Below, piece by piece: positions 41,748 through 51,272 of a DNA stretch of 64,000 nucleotides. Where the stretch lies: contig CAWFXA010000001.1 of NCBI GenBank assembly GCA_963819655.1, positions 96,001-160,000 on the forward strand. The letters run 5' to 3'. Source of the stretch: an uncultured Chloroflexia bacterium (GTDB lineage: Bacteria > Chloroflexota > Limnocylindria > Limnocylindrales > CSP1-4). The translations under genes and the position numbers were made by a program. The notes beneath the pieces are model-generated. The model saw only the letters and a list, made by a program, of their open reading frames with translations. It did no database searches and was not told the DNA's origin. Position 1 is the stretch's first letter, and every line of letters begins with the position of its first letter.

Positions 41748-43061
41748 TCAACCCGGCCGTGCCGCCTCCGCGAGGATGGCCCGCTTGAGCCGGCTCCACT
41801 GTGTCAAGGGGAAGCTCACCGTGAGGTGCCCCCGGTTCCGATGCACCAGCCGGCCCCAGACCACCGCGGGACATGGGCTGGTCGGGCACACCCATCGTTC
41901 GGTGTTGATGAAACCCGCCTTCGTGGCCTTGGCGACGCCGAACTCGACGTTCAGCCACGGGTAGCTGATCGCCTTGGTCACGGTCGTCGCGCATCGCAGG
42001 GCGTGACGCGGATTGCTGGCGAGGCATGCCGCCGGGTTGGCGAAACGCGAGTTGGGCGTGTCCGCCAGGAGGATCGCGCGACCGACCGCCGGCTCCAACC
42101 GATTGAGGGTCCATTTCATGCCCCGGATCCAGTCGTCCGTCCGGGCCCTGCCTGTCAGGACCTGACCCGTGGAGGTCGCCGAGACGAAGCCGCGCGAGCC
42201 CGACAGCAGGACGATCGCGGGCCGCATCTGCTCCATGCGCAGGATCGCTCTGCTCCTCCAGGTCAGGCAGGAGCGCAGGATCGAGCGGGTGGCCCTGCTG
42301 TACGAGAAGACCCGAGCCGGCGGACACATCGACCGGGTGACGTTGATGAGTCGCCATCCGCGATCCTGCGCCACGCGCAGGACGGCTGGGAACCACGTGA
42401 GGGCGTGGCTGTCGCCGAACAGCACGATCGTCGTCCTGGAGCGGACGTTGCCGTAGAAGCACTTTGACGACATCGGCGCAGCGCCATGGCAGCCATCGCG
42501 ATACGGAAGCGGCATCTCCGTCGACACACGGCGCAGGCTCGACAGCAGGGACGCAGGCACCGGCCCGTCCACGGTGGGCGCCCGCCGCGGCGGCACGATC
42601 GCCGGCGCCGGGGTGGCCGTTGGCGTGGGGGTGGCGGTCGGGGGCGGCGTCGGCGTGAGGGTCGGGGTGGGCATTGGTGTCGGGGTGGGCGTCGGCACCG
42701 GCGCGGCGAGGCCAGGTGTGGGTGTCGCCGGGCTCGGCGTCGGTGCAGCCGGGCTTGGGGTGGGCGAGGCCGGGCTTGGGGTGGGCGAGGCCGGATCCGG
42801 TGTCGGCGCCGCCGACTCCGAGGGTGCCACGATCGCCGGCACCGGTGACAGGGACGGGTCGGGAGAGTCGGTGGGCGGAGCGACGACGTCGCCTCCTGCG
42901 CCTCGCACCCCCACGATGGACGTCGCGAGCGCGCCGACGATGAGGATCGTGATGGCAACGCTCAGAGTCTCGCCGAGTCGGGCATCGCGCGGGCGAACTC
43001 GTACCCGGGCCGCCCCCAGCCGCTGATCGGGCTGTCGCCAGCCTCCGTCCATCATCGCCAC
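41748..43061 (-). CDS. Membrane-anchored SGNH hydrolase domain protein with Pro/Thr linker
   Basis: TM helix, PT-rich linker, YRDGC, LFGDSHALTW, and C-terminal RNRGHLT where DxxH is expected; start uncertain. Confidence 0.75.
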   Translation of the reverse strand: MAMMDGGWRQPDQRLGAARVRVRPRDARLGETLSVAITILIVGALATSIVGVRGAGGDVVAPPTDSPDPSLSPVPAIVAPSESAAPTPDPASPTPSPASPTPSPAAPTPSPATPTPGLAAPVPTPTPTPMPTPTLTPTPPPTATPTPTATPAPAIVPPRRAPTVDGPVPASLLSSLRRVSTEMPLPYRDGCHGAAPMSSKCFYGNVRSRTTIVLFGDSHALTWFPAVLRVAQDRGWRLINVTRSMCPPARVFSYSRATRSILRSCLTWRSRAILRMEQMRPAIVLLSGSRGFVSATSTGQVLTGRARTDDWIRGMKWTLNRLEPAVGRAILLADTPNSRFANPAACLASNPRHALRCATTVTKAISYPWLNVEFGVAKATKAGFINTERWVCPTSPCPAVVWGRLVHRNRGHLTVSFPLTQWSRLKRAILAEAARPG

Positions 43062-43260
43062 CCGACATCGAAGCCGATAGGGATCGAAGCACTCATCGCA
43101 TCAGTGACGCTTCGTCCTGGGCCCCATTGCACCACCCTCGCCCGGCTCCGGCAACGGCTGCCAGACATGACAGACTGCGCACGTATGCGAGCACGACTGT
43201 CGTGAAGGAGCCTCCGGTGCAGGTTCTCGGCCGAATTGTGCCCACCTCGCGTTGCCCGTC

Positions 43261-44208
43261 ATGAGGGTGGTCCTGCTCGCCGGAGGCGTCGGCGGCGCGA
43301 AGATGGCCGACGGCTTGGCCGCGACCGTCGGGCCCGATCTGACCGTCATCGTCAACACGGGCGACGACCTCGAGCTGCATGGCCTGGCGATCTGGCCGGA
43401 CCACGACACCGTCGCGTACACGCTCGCAGGCCTCGACGATGAGGTCCGGGGCTGGGGCCTCCGCGGCGAGAGCTGGACTGTCATGGATCGGCTCGAGGCG
43501 CTCGGCGAGGGGGAATGGTTCCGGCTCGGCGACCGCGATCTTGCCACGCACATCTGGCGCACAGATCGCCTGCGGGCCGGCGATCGACCGACCGAGATCG
43601 CGCTCGACCTCGCGACTGCCATGGGCATCGCGTCACGCATCCTGCCGATGGCCGACGAGCCGGTCCGGACCGAAGTCCGCACGGACGACGGCTGGCTGGA
43701 GTTCCAGGAGTATTTCGTGCATCGCCACCAGGAGCCGACCGTCCACGAGGTCCGCTTCCGAGGCATCGAGAACGCCCGGCCGACGCCAGAGGTGCTGGCC
43801 GCCATCGAAGCGGCCGAGGTCATCGTCATCGGGCCATCGAACCCGGTCGTGTCGATCGACCCGATCCTCAGCCTCTCCGGGATGCGCGACGCGCTCTCCG
43901 GCGCACTCGCGCGTGGCGTGCCGATCGTCGCGGTCAGCGGCATCATCGGGGGCAAGGCACTCAAGGGGCCGGCGGATCGGATGCTCGCGTCGCTCGGTGA
44001 GGTGTCGAGCGCGGTCGGCGTGGCGGCTCGCTACGAGCCGCTTATCAGCCATTTCGTGATGGACCGGGTCGACGCCGCATCGTTGCCCTCGCTGGAGGCC
44101 CTCGGCATCAACACTCTCGTGACAGACACGATCATGACCGACGACACGGCACGGGCCAGGCTCGCCGGCGAGGTCCTCCAGTTCGCGGGCACTGTGTCGA
44201 TCTCGTGA
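43261..44208 (+). CDS. cofD: 2-phospho-L-lactate/PEP transferase (F420 biosynthesis)
   Basis: LAGGVGGAK, VNTGDD, WFRLGDRDLATH, FQEYFV, PSNPVVSI, GPADRM. Confidence 0.93.
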   Translation: MRVVLLAGGVGGAKMADGLAATVGPDLTVIVNTGDDLELHGLAIWPDHDTVAYTLAGLDDEVRGWGLRGESWTVMDRLEALGEGEWFRLGDRDLATHIWRTDRLRAGDRPTEIALDLATAMGIASRILPMADEPVRTEVRTDDGWLEFQEYFVHRHQEPTVHEVRFRGIENARPTPEVLAAIEAAEVIVIGPSNPVVSIDPILSLSGMRDALSGALARGVPIVAVSGIIGGKALKGPADRMLASLGEVSSAVGVAARYEPLISHFVMDRVDAASLPSLEALGINTLVTDTIMTDDTARARLAGEVLQFAGTVSIS

Positions 44209-44819
44209 TCGTCGCGATCATCCCGATCGGTTCGATCGATGGTGCGAAGTCGCGCCTCGGCGCGGTCCTTGATGCAGAAGAGCGGCGGGACCTCGCGCTT
44301 CGACTCGCACGCGGCACGATCCGCGCCGCCGTGGCCACACCCGGCATCGACGAGACGATCGTCGTGACCCCCGACGACGACGTCCGCGAGCTCGCCCTCC
44401 AGGAGGGTGCGCGTCCGCTCCGGCAACGGAGCCGCGGCCTGAACGACGGTCTGCGCGAAGCCCGTGACGAGGCGATCGCCGCGGGCGCCGGCACGATCCT
44501 GATCCTCCCGATCGATCTCCCGCACGTCTCGCCAGAGCTGCTCAGCCCGCTCGTCGCGCAGGCGCTCGATGCGCCCGGTCCGCTCGTCGCGATCGTCCCT
44601 GACCGCCACGACCGCGGCACCAACGCGCTCCTTCTCTCACCCCCTGACGTGATTGACTTCTGCTTCGGCGGCGACAGCAAGGCGGCGCATATCGAGGCCG
44701 GCTCGTCGGTGCCCGGCGCGAACGTTGTCCTCATGTATGGCCCGCTGACGCTCGACATCGATACCCCCGAGGACCTGTTGCTGGCGCAGGTGGAGACGCC
44801 CGAGGCGGTCGGTGGTTAA
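44205..44819 (+). CDS. cofC: 2-phospho-L-lactate/PEP guanylyltransferase
   Basis: AKSRL, GLN, DLP, PDRH.RGTNALL, FG.DS..AH, DIDTPEDL. Confidence 0.9.
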   Translation: MIVAIIPIGSIDGAKSRLGAVLDAEERRDLALRLARGTIRAAVATPGIDETIVVTPDDDVRELALQEGARPLRQRSRGLNDGLREARDEAIAAGAGTILILPIDLPHVSPELLSPLVAQALDAPGPLVAIVPDRHDRGTNALLLSPPDVIDFCFGGDSKAAHIEAGSSVPGANVVLMYGPLTLDIDTPEDLLLAQVETPEAVGG

Positions 44820-45579
44820 CCGGGTCGAGGTCGTCGCGATCGACGGTCTCCTCGAGATCGTTCCCGGGGACGACCTCCCGTCGCTGATCGCAGACGCCCT
44901 CGCCGCCGCGACCGACTATCTGCCCCTTCACGACGAAGATGTGCTCGTCGTCACCCAGAAGATCGTGTCGAAGGCGGAGGGCGCGGTCATCGATCTGACG
45001 ACCATCGAGCCCCGCCCGGAGGTCATCGAGTACGCGAGGCAGTTCGACCGCGATCCCCGCCAGGTCGAGCTCGTTCTCCGCGAGGCAAAGCGCGTCGTGC
45101 GGATGGAGAACGGCCTCGTCATCACCGAGACGCATCACGGGTTCGTGTGCGCGAATGGTGGTATCGATGCGTCCAACGTCGGACCCCGCTCGGGCGATGT
45201 CGTCACCCTCCTGCCCCGCGACCCGGATGCCTCCGCCGACGGGATCCGGGCCGCCATCCGCGACCGTCTGGACCACGATCTGCCGGTCATCGTGTCGGAC
45301 AGCTTCGGGCGGCCCTGGCGGTTCGGCATCGTCGATGTCGCGATCGGCGTTTCAGGGCTCTTGCCACTCGACGATCTGCGCGGCACCTCCGACGCCGACG
45401 GACGTGTCATGAAGTCGACGGTCCGCGCCGTGGCCGACGAGATCGCCTCAGCCGCGGAGCTCGTCCTCGGCAAGACCGCCCGCCGCCCGCTCGCGCTCGT
45501 CCGCGGCGCCACCTTCCGCCGCGGCGACGGGCGTATCAAGGACCTGATCATGCCCGCGGAGATGGACCTCTTCCGCTAA
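44812..45579 (+). CDS. cofE: Coenzyme F420-0:L-glutamate ligase (standalone)
   Basis: VTQKIVSKAEG, CANGGIDASN, LLPRDPDASA, DSFGRPWR.G.VDVAIG, ADEIASAA, DLFR. Confidence 0.93.
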   Translation: MVNRVEVVAIDGLLEIVPGDDLPSLIADALAAATDYLPLHDEDVLVVTQKIVSKAEGAVIDLTTIEPRPEVIEYARQFDRDPRQVELVLREAKRVVRMENGLVITETHHGFVCANGGIDASNVGPRSGDVVTLLPRDPDASADGIRAAIRDRLDHDLPVIVSDSFGRPWRFGIVDVAIGVSGLLPLDDLRGTSDADGRVMKSTVRAVADEIASAAELVLGKTARRPLALVRGATFRRGDGRIKDLIMPAEMDLFR

Positions 45580-45589
45580 CCTCCGGGCG

Positions 45590-46489
45590 ATGAAGGTAGG
45601 CCTCCAGATCAGCTCGTTCACCTGGCCGGGCGGGCCGGAAGCGATCGGGCCGACGCTCGCGCGGATCGTGCGCGACGCCGACGACGTGGGCTTCGACTCG
45701 ATCTGGGTCATGGACCACTTCTTCCAGATCCGCGGCGTCGGCCGCGTCGAGGAGCCGATGCTCGAGGGCATGACGACGCTCGGCTTCATGGCGGCCCACT
45801 CGAAGCGAGCGCGTCTCGGCCTGATGGTCGGCGGCGTGCACTACCGAAATCCCGGTCTGTGGGTCAAGGCGACGACGACGCTCGACGTCCTGTCCGGCGG
45901 CCGGGCTTGGCTGGGCATCGGCGCGGCCTGGAACGAGGAGGAGTCGCGCGCCCTGGGGTTCCCGTTCCCGCCGCTCGGCGTCCGCTTCGAGATGCTCGAG
46001 GAGACGCTCCGGATCGCGCACGAGATGTTCGCTGGCGAGCGCGGCTCGGAGGCATCGTTCCAGGGCCGCCAGTACCGGGCCGAGCGGCTCCTGAACTCGC
46101 CCCAGTCGATCTCGCGTCCGCGGGTGCCGATCATGGTCGGCGGCGGTGGCGAGAAGAAGACGCTCCGGCTGGTCGCCCAGTACGCCGATGCGTGCAACGT
46201 GTTCGGCTCGCCCGAGGGCATCGCCCGCAAGTACGCGATCCTCGATGCGCACTGCGCGGCAGTCGGGCGCGATCCCGCCGAGATCGAGCGCTCGACGCTC
46301 CAGAACGTGCGGCTCGGACCGGCGGGCTCGGCACGAACGGAGTCACCCCAGCAGGTCGTCGACCGCTTCGGCGAGCTGTCCGATGCGGGTGCCGACCACG
46401 TGATCTTCGAGCTCAAGGACATCCACGTCCCCGAGTACCTCGAGACCGTCGGCAAGGACATCATCCCGGCCCTCCACGCCCTCCCGTGA
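45590..46489 (+). CDS. LLM class F420-dependent oxidoreductase
   Basis: VMDHFFQI, EPMLEG, YRNPGL..K..TTLDVLSGGRAWLGIGAAW, GGGGEKKTLRLVAQYADACN. Confidence 0.9.
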   Translation: MKVGLQISSFTWPGGPEAIGPTLARIVRDADDVGFDSIWVMDHFFQIRGVGRVEEPMLEGMTTLGFMAAHSKRARLGLMVGGVHYRNPGLWVKATTTLDVLSGGRAWLGIGAAWNEEESRALGFPFPPLGVRFEMLEETLRIAHEMFAGERGSEASFQGRQYRAERLLNSPQSISRPRVPIMVGGGGEKKTLRLVAQYADACNVFGSPEGIARKYAILDAHCAAVGRDPAEIERSTLQNVRLGPAGSARTESPQQVVDRFGELSDAGADHVIFELKDIHVPEYLETVGKDIIPALHALP

Positions 46490-46521
46490 CATCATCTGTC
46501 ATGATGTGTACACTCATGTCA
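46487..46521 (+). promoter_or_regulatory. TA promoter/operator
   Basis: AT-rich; inverted repeats ACATCAT-N5-ATGATGT and TGACAT...ATGTCA overlap TACACT-N6-ATG. Confidence 0.6.
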
Positions 46522-46908
46522 TGCCAGACCTGACCGTGAAGGAAGCTGCTGCTGCCGCCGGCGTGAGTGAACGAACGATGCGCCGCTGGATCCGGCGATG
46601 GCCGTCTCGCCGGCTGCTACAAGGTCGGCGGGCGGGTGCGAATCCCCGAGCGCGCGATCCGCGAGGCGGCGGAGCCGTACGGGGAGGGATCCGACCGTCG
46701 GCCGTCGGTCGAGGAACTCTCGATCCTCAATTCACCGGCCCGAGCGCGCGAGTTCCAGCTCCGCCGCGCGAGGTTGGCGTTCGAGGAGATCGACCGGCTC
46801 CTCGAACACGGCCGCCCGCCCTCAGGACCGGACGACACTGCCGAGGCATACATCCGCGAATGGCGCGACGGTCCTCCTCGTTGGGAGCGAGGCATCGATG
46901 ATCGTTGA
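46521..46908 (+). CDS. Putative antitoxin with excisionase-like HTH (HTH_17), apparent frameshift near 46593
   Basis: LTVKEAA...GVSERTMRRWIR joins DGRL..YKVGGRVRIP; C-terminal TAEAYIREWRD resembles VapB tails. Confidence 0.7.
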
Positions 46909-47365
46909 CGCCAGCGTGGCCGCGAAGTGGTTCTTGCCCAGCGAGACGCTCGATTCTGAGGCCAGACTCGTCCGCGACGAGGCCCTGGATGACCGTGTCC
47001 GCCTGACTGCCCCGGCGATCGTGTGGCCCGAGGTTGCGCATGCCATCGTCGGGGCAGTGCGCAAGAAGCGGGTCGATGCAGAGACGGCGCGAGAGATCTC
47101 CGCGCGTTTCCCCCGACTGCGGCGCCTTGTGGACCTGGCAGAGGTCGACCCAGAGGAAGCGGTCCGGCGGGCTCTCACGGTCGGGGTCGGCGCCTACGAC
47201 GCGCAGTACCTGGTCCTGACGGCCAAGCTCGGCCAGACGCTGCTCACGGCCGACCGTCCCTTGCTCGAACGCGGCCGCGCGCACGGGTACGATGTCGTCT
47301 GGCTCGGCGATGTCACGCTCCGGCACGGCGCGCTGGTCGATACCCCCCAGGGGTATCAGGGATGA
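46898..47365 (+). CDS. vapC: PIN domain VapC-type toxin
   Basis: MIVDASVAAKW, AP....EVA, AYDAQYL.L..LLTADR.L. Confidence 0.85.
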   Translation: MIVDASVAAKWFLPSETLDSEARLVRDEALDDRVRLTAPAIVWPEVAHAIVGAVRKKRVDAETAREISARFPRLRRLVDLAEVDPEEAVRRALTVGVGAYDAQYLVLTAKLGQTLLTADRPLLERGRAHGYDVVWLGDVTLRHGALVDTPQGYQG

Positions 47366-47382
47366 AGGTGTAAGATTGCCGC

Positions 47383-48450
47383 ATGACTGACACGCCCAAC
47401 CCGTTCGGCGGGCTGTCGATCGCGATCGACGACTCGCCTGCGGCCAGCGCACCCGTGAGTGCGCCCGGCGGCCCCTCGACCGCCGCCAGCGGTGAGGGTC
47501 GCGTCGATTCCAAGATGGTGATCATCGGCTCGGGGCCGGCCGGCCTGACCGCCGCGATCTACGCGGCGCGCGCGAACCTCGAGCCTGTCGTGCTCGCAGG
47601 GTCGGCGCCGGGTGGCCAGCTCATGCTGACGAGCGACGTCGAGAACTACCCGGGCTTCCCGGACGGGATCCAGGGGCCCGACCTGATGGCGGCCATGCGT
47701 GCCCAGGCCGAGCGTTTCGGTGCGCGCCTGATCGACGTCGACATCGACCGTGTCGACTTCTCCGAGCGTCCGTTCCGGATCTGGGCACGCGGCACCGAGT
47801 ACCGCGGCCAGTCCGTCATCGTGGCCACCGGCGCGTCGGCGTTGTGGCTCGGGCTCGACAGCGAGACCCGGCTGCGCGGCCGCGGCGTGTCGGCCTGTGC
47901 GACGTGCGACGGATTCTTCTTCCGCGACCGTGAGATCGCGGTCGTCGGCGGTGGCGACACGGCCTTCGAGGAAGCGATCTACCTCACCCGCTTCGCCACC
48001 AAGGTCCACATGCTGCACCGGCGCGACACCTTCCGGGCGAGCAAGATCATGGTCGATCGGGCGATCGAGCACCCCAAGATCGAGATCCACCCGAACGTCG
48101 CGGTGGCAGAGGTCCTCGGCGACGAGAAGGTCCACGGCCTGGCGCTGAAGGACACCGTCACGGGCGACGCGACCGAGATGAAGATCGAAGGCCTGTTCAT
48201 CGCGATCGGCTACGAGCCGAACACGGCCGCTTTCCGCGATTGGCTCGATGTCGACGAGAAGGGCTACCTCGTCGTCCACGACGAGACGGGTTCCAAGATC
48301 GACGGCGTCTTCATCGCCGGCGACGTCCATGACCATCGCTACCGGCAGGCGGTCACCGCCGCGGGCGACGGCTGCAAAGCCGCGATCGATGCCGAGCGCT
48401 GGCTCGAGGCACAGGGGATCACCGAAGCCGCGACCGCGACGGCCTGGTAG
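47383..48450 (+). CDS. trxB: Thioredoxin-disulfide reductase
   Basis: IIGSGPAG, GGQL...VENYPGF, CATCDG, GGGDTA.EEA, HRRD.FRAS, AGDV.D..YRQA.TAAG.GC. Confidence 0.95.
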   Translation: MTDTPNPFGGLSIAIDDSPAASAPVSAPGGPSTAASGEGRVDSKMVIIGSGPAGLTAAIYAARANLEPVVLAGSAPGGQLMLTSDVENYPGFPDGIQGPDLMAAMRAQAERFGARLIDVDIDRVDFSERPFRIWARGTEYRGQSVIVATGASALWLGLDSETRLRGRGVSACATCDGFFFRDREIAVVGGGDTAFEEAIYLTRFATKVHMLHRRDTFRASKIMVDRAIEHPKIEIHPNVAVAEVLGDEKVHGLALKDTVTGDATEMKIEGLFIAIGYEPNTAAFRDWLDVDEKGYLVVHDETGSKIDGVFIAGDVHDHRYRQAVTAAGDGCKAAIDAERWLEAQGITEAATATAW

Positions 48451-48455
48451 ACCGC

Positions 48456-49184
48456 GTGCCGTCCAAGCGCCGCGAGGCGATCATCGAACGCCTCGGTATC
48501 ACGCCGCCCGTCGCGACTCTGGTCCGGCGGGCGCTCGACGACGCGATCCGTCACGCGGAGGCCCGCGTCGATGGCACCGGCCGGCCTGTCACTGTCCTCG
48601 ATGCGGGCTGCGGGCGCGTCTCCCAGTTGGGTGCGTTCCGACCGCGGATCGGGCGGCTGGTCGGGGCGGATATCCACACTCCTGCCGAACCGCTCCCCCA
48701 CCTCGATGAATTCGCAGTCGTCGACCTGTGTGGGTCGAGCGACGCGTTCGAGCCCGGCACCTTCGACCTGATCCTTTCCAGCTTCACGCTCGAGCATTTC
48801 GCCGCGCCGGGCGTGGCCCTCACGAACCTGCGGTCGTGGCTCGCCCCGGGCGGCCAGCTCGTCGCGACGACCGTGAACCGCCGCCACCCGTTCGTCGGCG
48901 CCTATCTTGGGCTGCCGTCGGGCGTGCGCCGTCGACTCCAGCCGCTGGTCAAGTCGACCGCAGCGGATGCTCATCCGCTGGTCGGTGCCTGCAACGATCC
49001 GGAGTCCATTGCGGATGCCCTGGGCGCGGCCGGTTTCCGGGACGTCCGGCTCACCACCGTCGGGCATCTCGCCAGGGCGTGGGGCCGCACCTGGCCGACC
49101 TTCGCGCTCGGGTTGGCCGGCGACCTGATCGCTCAGCGCGCACCGTCGCGGCGCTCGACGATCGTGGCAGTGGCGAGAGCCTGA
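48456..49184 (+). CDS. Class I SAM-dependent methyltransferase
   Basis: VLDAGCG, FDLILS.FTLEH, LAPGG.L. Confidence 0.8.
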   Translation: MPSKRREAIIERLGITPPVATLVRRALDDAIRHAEARVDGTGRPVTVLDAGCGRVSQLGAFRPRIGRLVGADIHTPAEPLPHLDEFAVVDLCGSSDAFEPGTFDLILSSFTLEHFAAPGVALTNLRSWLAPGGQLVATTVNRRHPFVGAYLGLPSGVRRRLQPLVKSTAADAHPLVGACNDPESIADALGAAGFRDVRLTTVGHLARAWGRTWPTFALGLAGDLIAQRAPSRRSTIVAVARA

Positions 49185-51268
49185 TGGGATTCCCGCGCGG
49201 CGGCGTGCGTCAGGCAACGGGCGGCGTGGGCCGTGGCGGCCGCGGCACGGGCGGCGGTGGCGGCGGTTTCTTCGGTGGCGGCCCGACGCCCGATTTCGTG
49301 CCGGTGCCGAAGGAGCGTCGCGGCCAGACGATCCGCCGCATCCTCGTGTTCTTCCGGCCCTACCGGCCACAGGTCGCGGTGGTGCTCGTCGCGATCCTGC
49401 TGACGAGCTTCATCGGCCTGATCAACCCGTACCTGCTCAAGCTGCTCATCGACGTGGCGATCCCCCAGCGCGACCTCGCGCTGCTGACTCTGTACGTCGG
49501 CCTGATGATCATCCTGCCCATCGTCTCGGGACTGATCGGCGTCGGCCAGTCCTACCTGAACAACATCATCGGCCAGCGGGTCATGCAGGATCTGCGCGGT
49601 GCCTTGTACGCGCACCTCCAGTCGATGCCCCTGCGGTTCTTCACCGAAACCAGGACCGGTGAGATCCAGAGCCGCCTGGCGAACGATGTCGGCGGCGTCC
49701 AGGCAGTCGTCACGGACACCGCGAGCTCGGTCACATCGAACCTGGCGATCGCGATCAGCACGATCATCGCGATGTTCTTCATCGACTGGCGGCTGACGGT
49801 GTTGTCGCTCGGCTTGCTGCCGTTCTTCATGTACCTGACGTTCCGCGTCGGCAAGGTCCGCCGCGAGGTCTCGACCGAGACCCAGATCTCGCTGGCCGAG
49901 ATGTCGGCGCTGACCGAGGAGACGCTCAGCGTCAGCGGGATCCTGCTGTCGAAGACGTTCGGTCAGCAGGCCAATTCCGAGAAGAAGTTCCGCGTCCTCA
50001 ACGCCAAGCTCGCCGCCCTCCAGATCCGTCAGGCGATGGTCGGCCGCTGGTTCTTCATGGTCATCGGCACGATCTTCAGCATCACGCCCGCCTTCGTGTA
50101 CTGGCTGGCCGGCTGGCTGACGATCCAGAACGACCCTACCGCTCCGACGATCGGCGACATCGTGGCGTTCACGACGCTCCAGAGCCGGCTGTTCTTCCCG
50201 ATGGGCCAGCTGCTGAACATCCAGGTCGAGATCCAGGGGGCGCTCGCGCTCTTCGACCGGGTCTTCGAATACCTCGAGATGGACCCCGAGATCGTCGACG
50301 CTCCGGATGCCGTGGATCTCGCACCTGCCGCAGCCCGCGGACAGGTCCGGTTGCGGAACGTGTCTTTCCGCTACCCGACCGAGGCCGTGCCATCGGATCG
50401 CGCGGCCGAGGCGCTCGCACGCAAGGACGGGCTCAACGACGAGGAGGTCGGAGTCGCGCTGGCCGCCGCCTCGGTCGATGAGACGGCGGTCGAAACGTTG
50501 GTCGACGGCATGGGCGCGGGCTCCGGCGAGATGCCGGCGATCGAGATGCTGCCCACATTCGCGCTCGAGGACATCGATCTCGAGGCGCAGCCCGGCGAGC
50601 TCGTCGCGCTCGTCGGCCCGTCCGGCTCGGGCAAGACGACGACCACATACCTGATCCCGCGGCTGTACGACGTCGACGCGGGGGCGGTCGAGATCGACGG
50701 CATCGACGTTCGTCGGATCAAGCTCGCGTCGCTCGGTCGGCTCATCGGCGTCGTGACCCAGGAGACGTACCTGTTCCACGCGTCGATCCGCGACAACCTG
50801 CTCTACGCCAAGCCCGAGGCGACCGACGATGAGCTGCGCGACGCCGCGCGCGCGGCCGCGATGCACGACCGGATCATGGAGCTGCCCGAGGGCTACGACA
50901 CGATCGTCGGGGAGCGTGGCTACAAGCTGTCGGGGGGCGAGAAGCAGCGGGTCGCGATCGCCCGCGTGCTGCTCAAGGACCCGCGGATCCTCATCTTGGA
51001 CGAGGCGACCTCGGCGCTCGACACGGTCTCGGAGCGGTTGATCCAGGCCGCATTCGAGGGGCTGATGGTAGGCCGCACGACGATCGCGATCGCGCACCGC
51101 CTGTCGACGATCTTGCGGGCCGATCGGATCCTGGTCTACGACCGCGGGCGGATCGTCGAGCGCGGCACGCACGCCGAGCTGATCAAGGTCGGCGGGTTGT
51201 ACGCGCGGCTGTACCGGGAGCAGTTCCTGACCGAGGCCGCCACGGCCGAAGTCGGCGTCGCGGGTTGA
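49184..51268 (+). CDS. ABC transporter, fused permease + ATPase (MdlB-like)
   Basis: Six TMs, RTGEIQSRLANDV, GPSGSGKTT, LSGGEKQR, LDEATSALD, AHRLST. Confidence 0.92.
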   Translation: MGFPRGGVRQATGGVGRGGRGTGGGGGGFFGGGPTPDFVPVPKERRGQTIRRILVFFRPYRPQVAVVLVAILLTSFIGLINPYLLKLLIDVAIPQRDLALLTLYVGLMIILPIVSGLIGVGQSYLNNIIGQRVMQDLRGALYAHLQSMPLRFFTETRTGEIQSRLANDVGGVQAVVTDTASSVTSNLAIAISTIIAMFFIDWRLTVLSLGLLPFFMYLTFRVGKVRREVSTETQISLAEMSALTEETLSVSGILLSKTFGQQANSEKKFRVLNAKLAALQIRQAMVGRWFFMVIGTIFSITPAFVYWLAGWLTIQNDPTAPTIGDIVAFTTLQSRLFFPMGQLLNIQVEIQGALALFDRVFEYLEMDPEIVDAPDAVDLAPAAARGQVRLRNVSFRYPTEAVPSDRAAEALARKDGLNDEEVGVALAAASVDETAVETLVDGMGAGSGEMPAIEMLPTFALEDIDLEAQPGELVALVGPSGSGKTTTTYLIPRLYDVDAGAVEIDGIDVRRIKLASLGRLIGVVTQETYLFHASIRDNLLYAKPEATDDELRDAARAAAMHDRIMELPEGYDTIVGERGYKLSGGEKQRVAIARVLLKDPRILILDEATSALDTVSERLIQAAFEGLMVGRTTIAIAHRLSTILRADRILVYDRGRIVERGTHAELIKVGGLYARLYREQFLTEAATAEVGVAG

Positions 51269-51272
51269 GGCC

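Noticed and set aside
42600-42800. Short periodic repeats that could suggest a CRISPR array or VNTR
   Set aside because: They encode the Pro/Thr linker of the SGNH protein; there are no spacers and no cas genes.
46521-46700. Excisionase as evidence of a prophage or integrative element
   Set aside because: There is no integrase, att site or phage gene; its position before a PIN gene fits an antitoxin.
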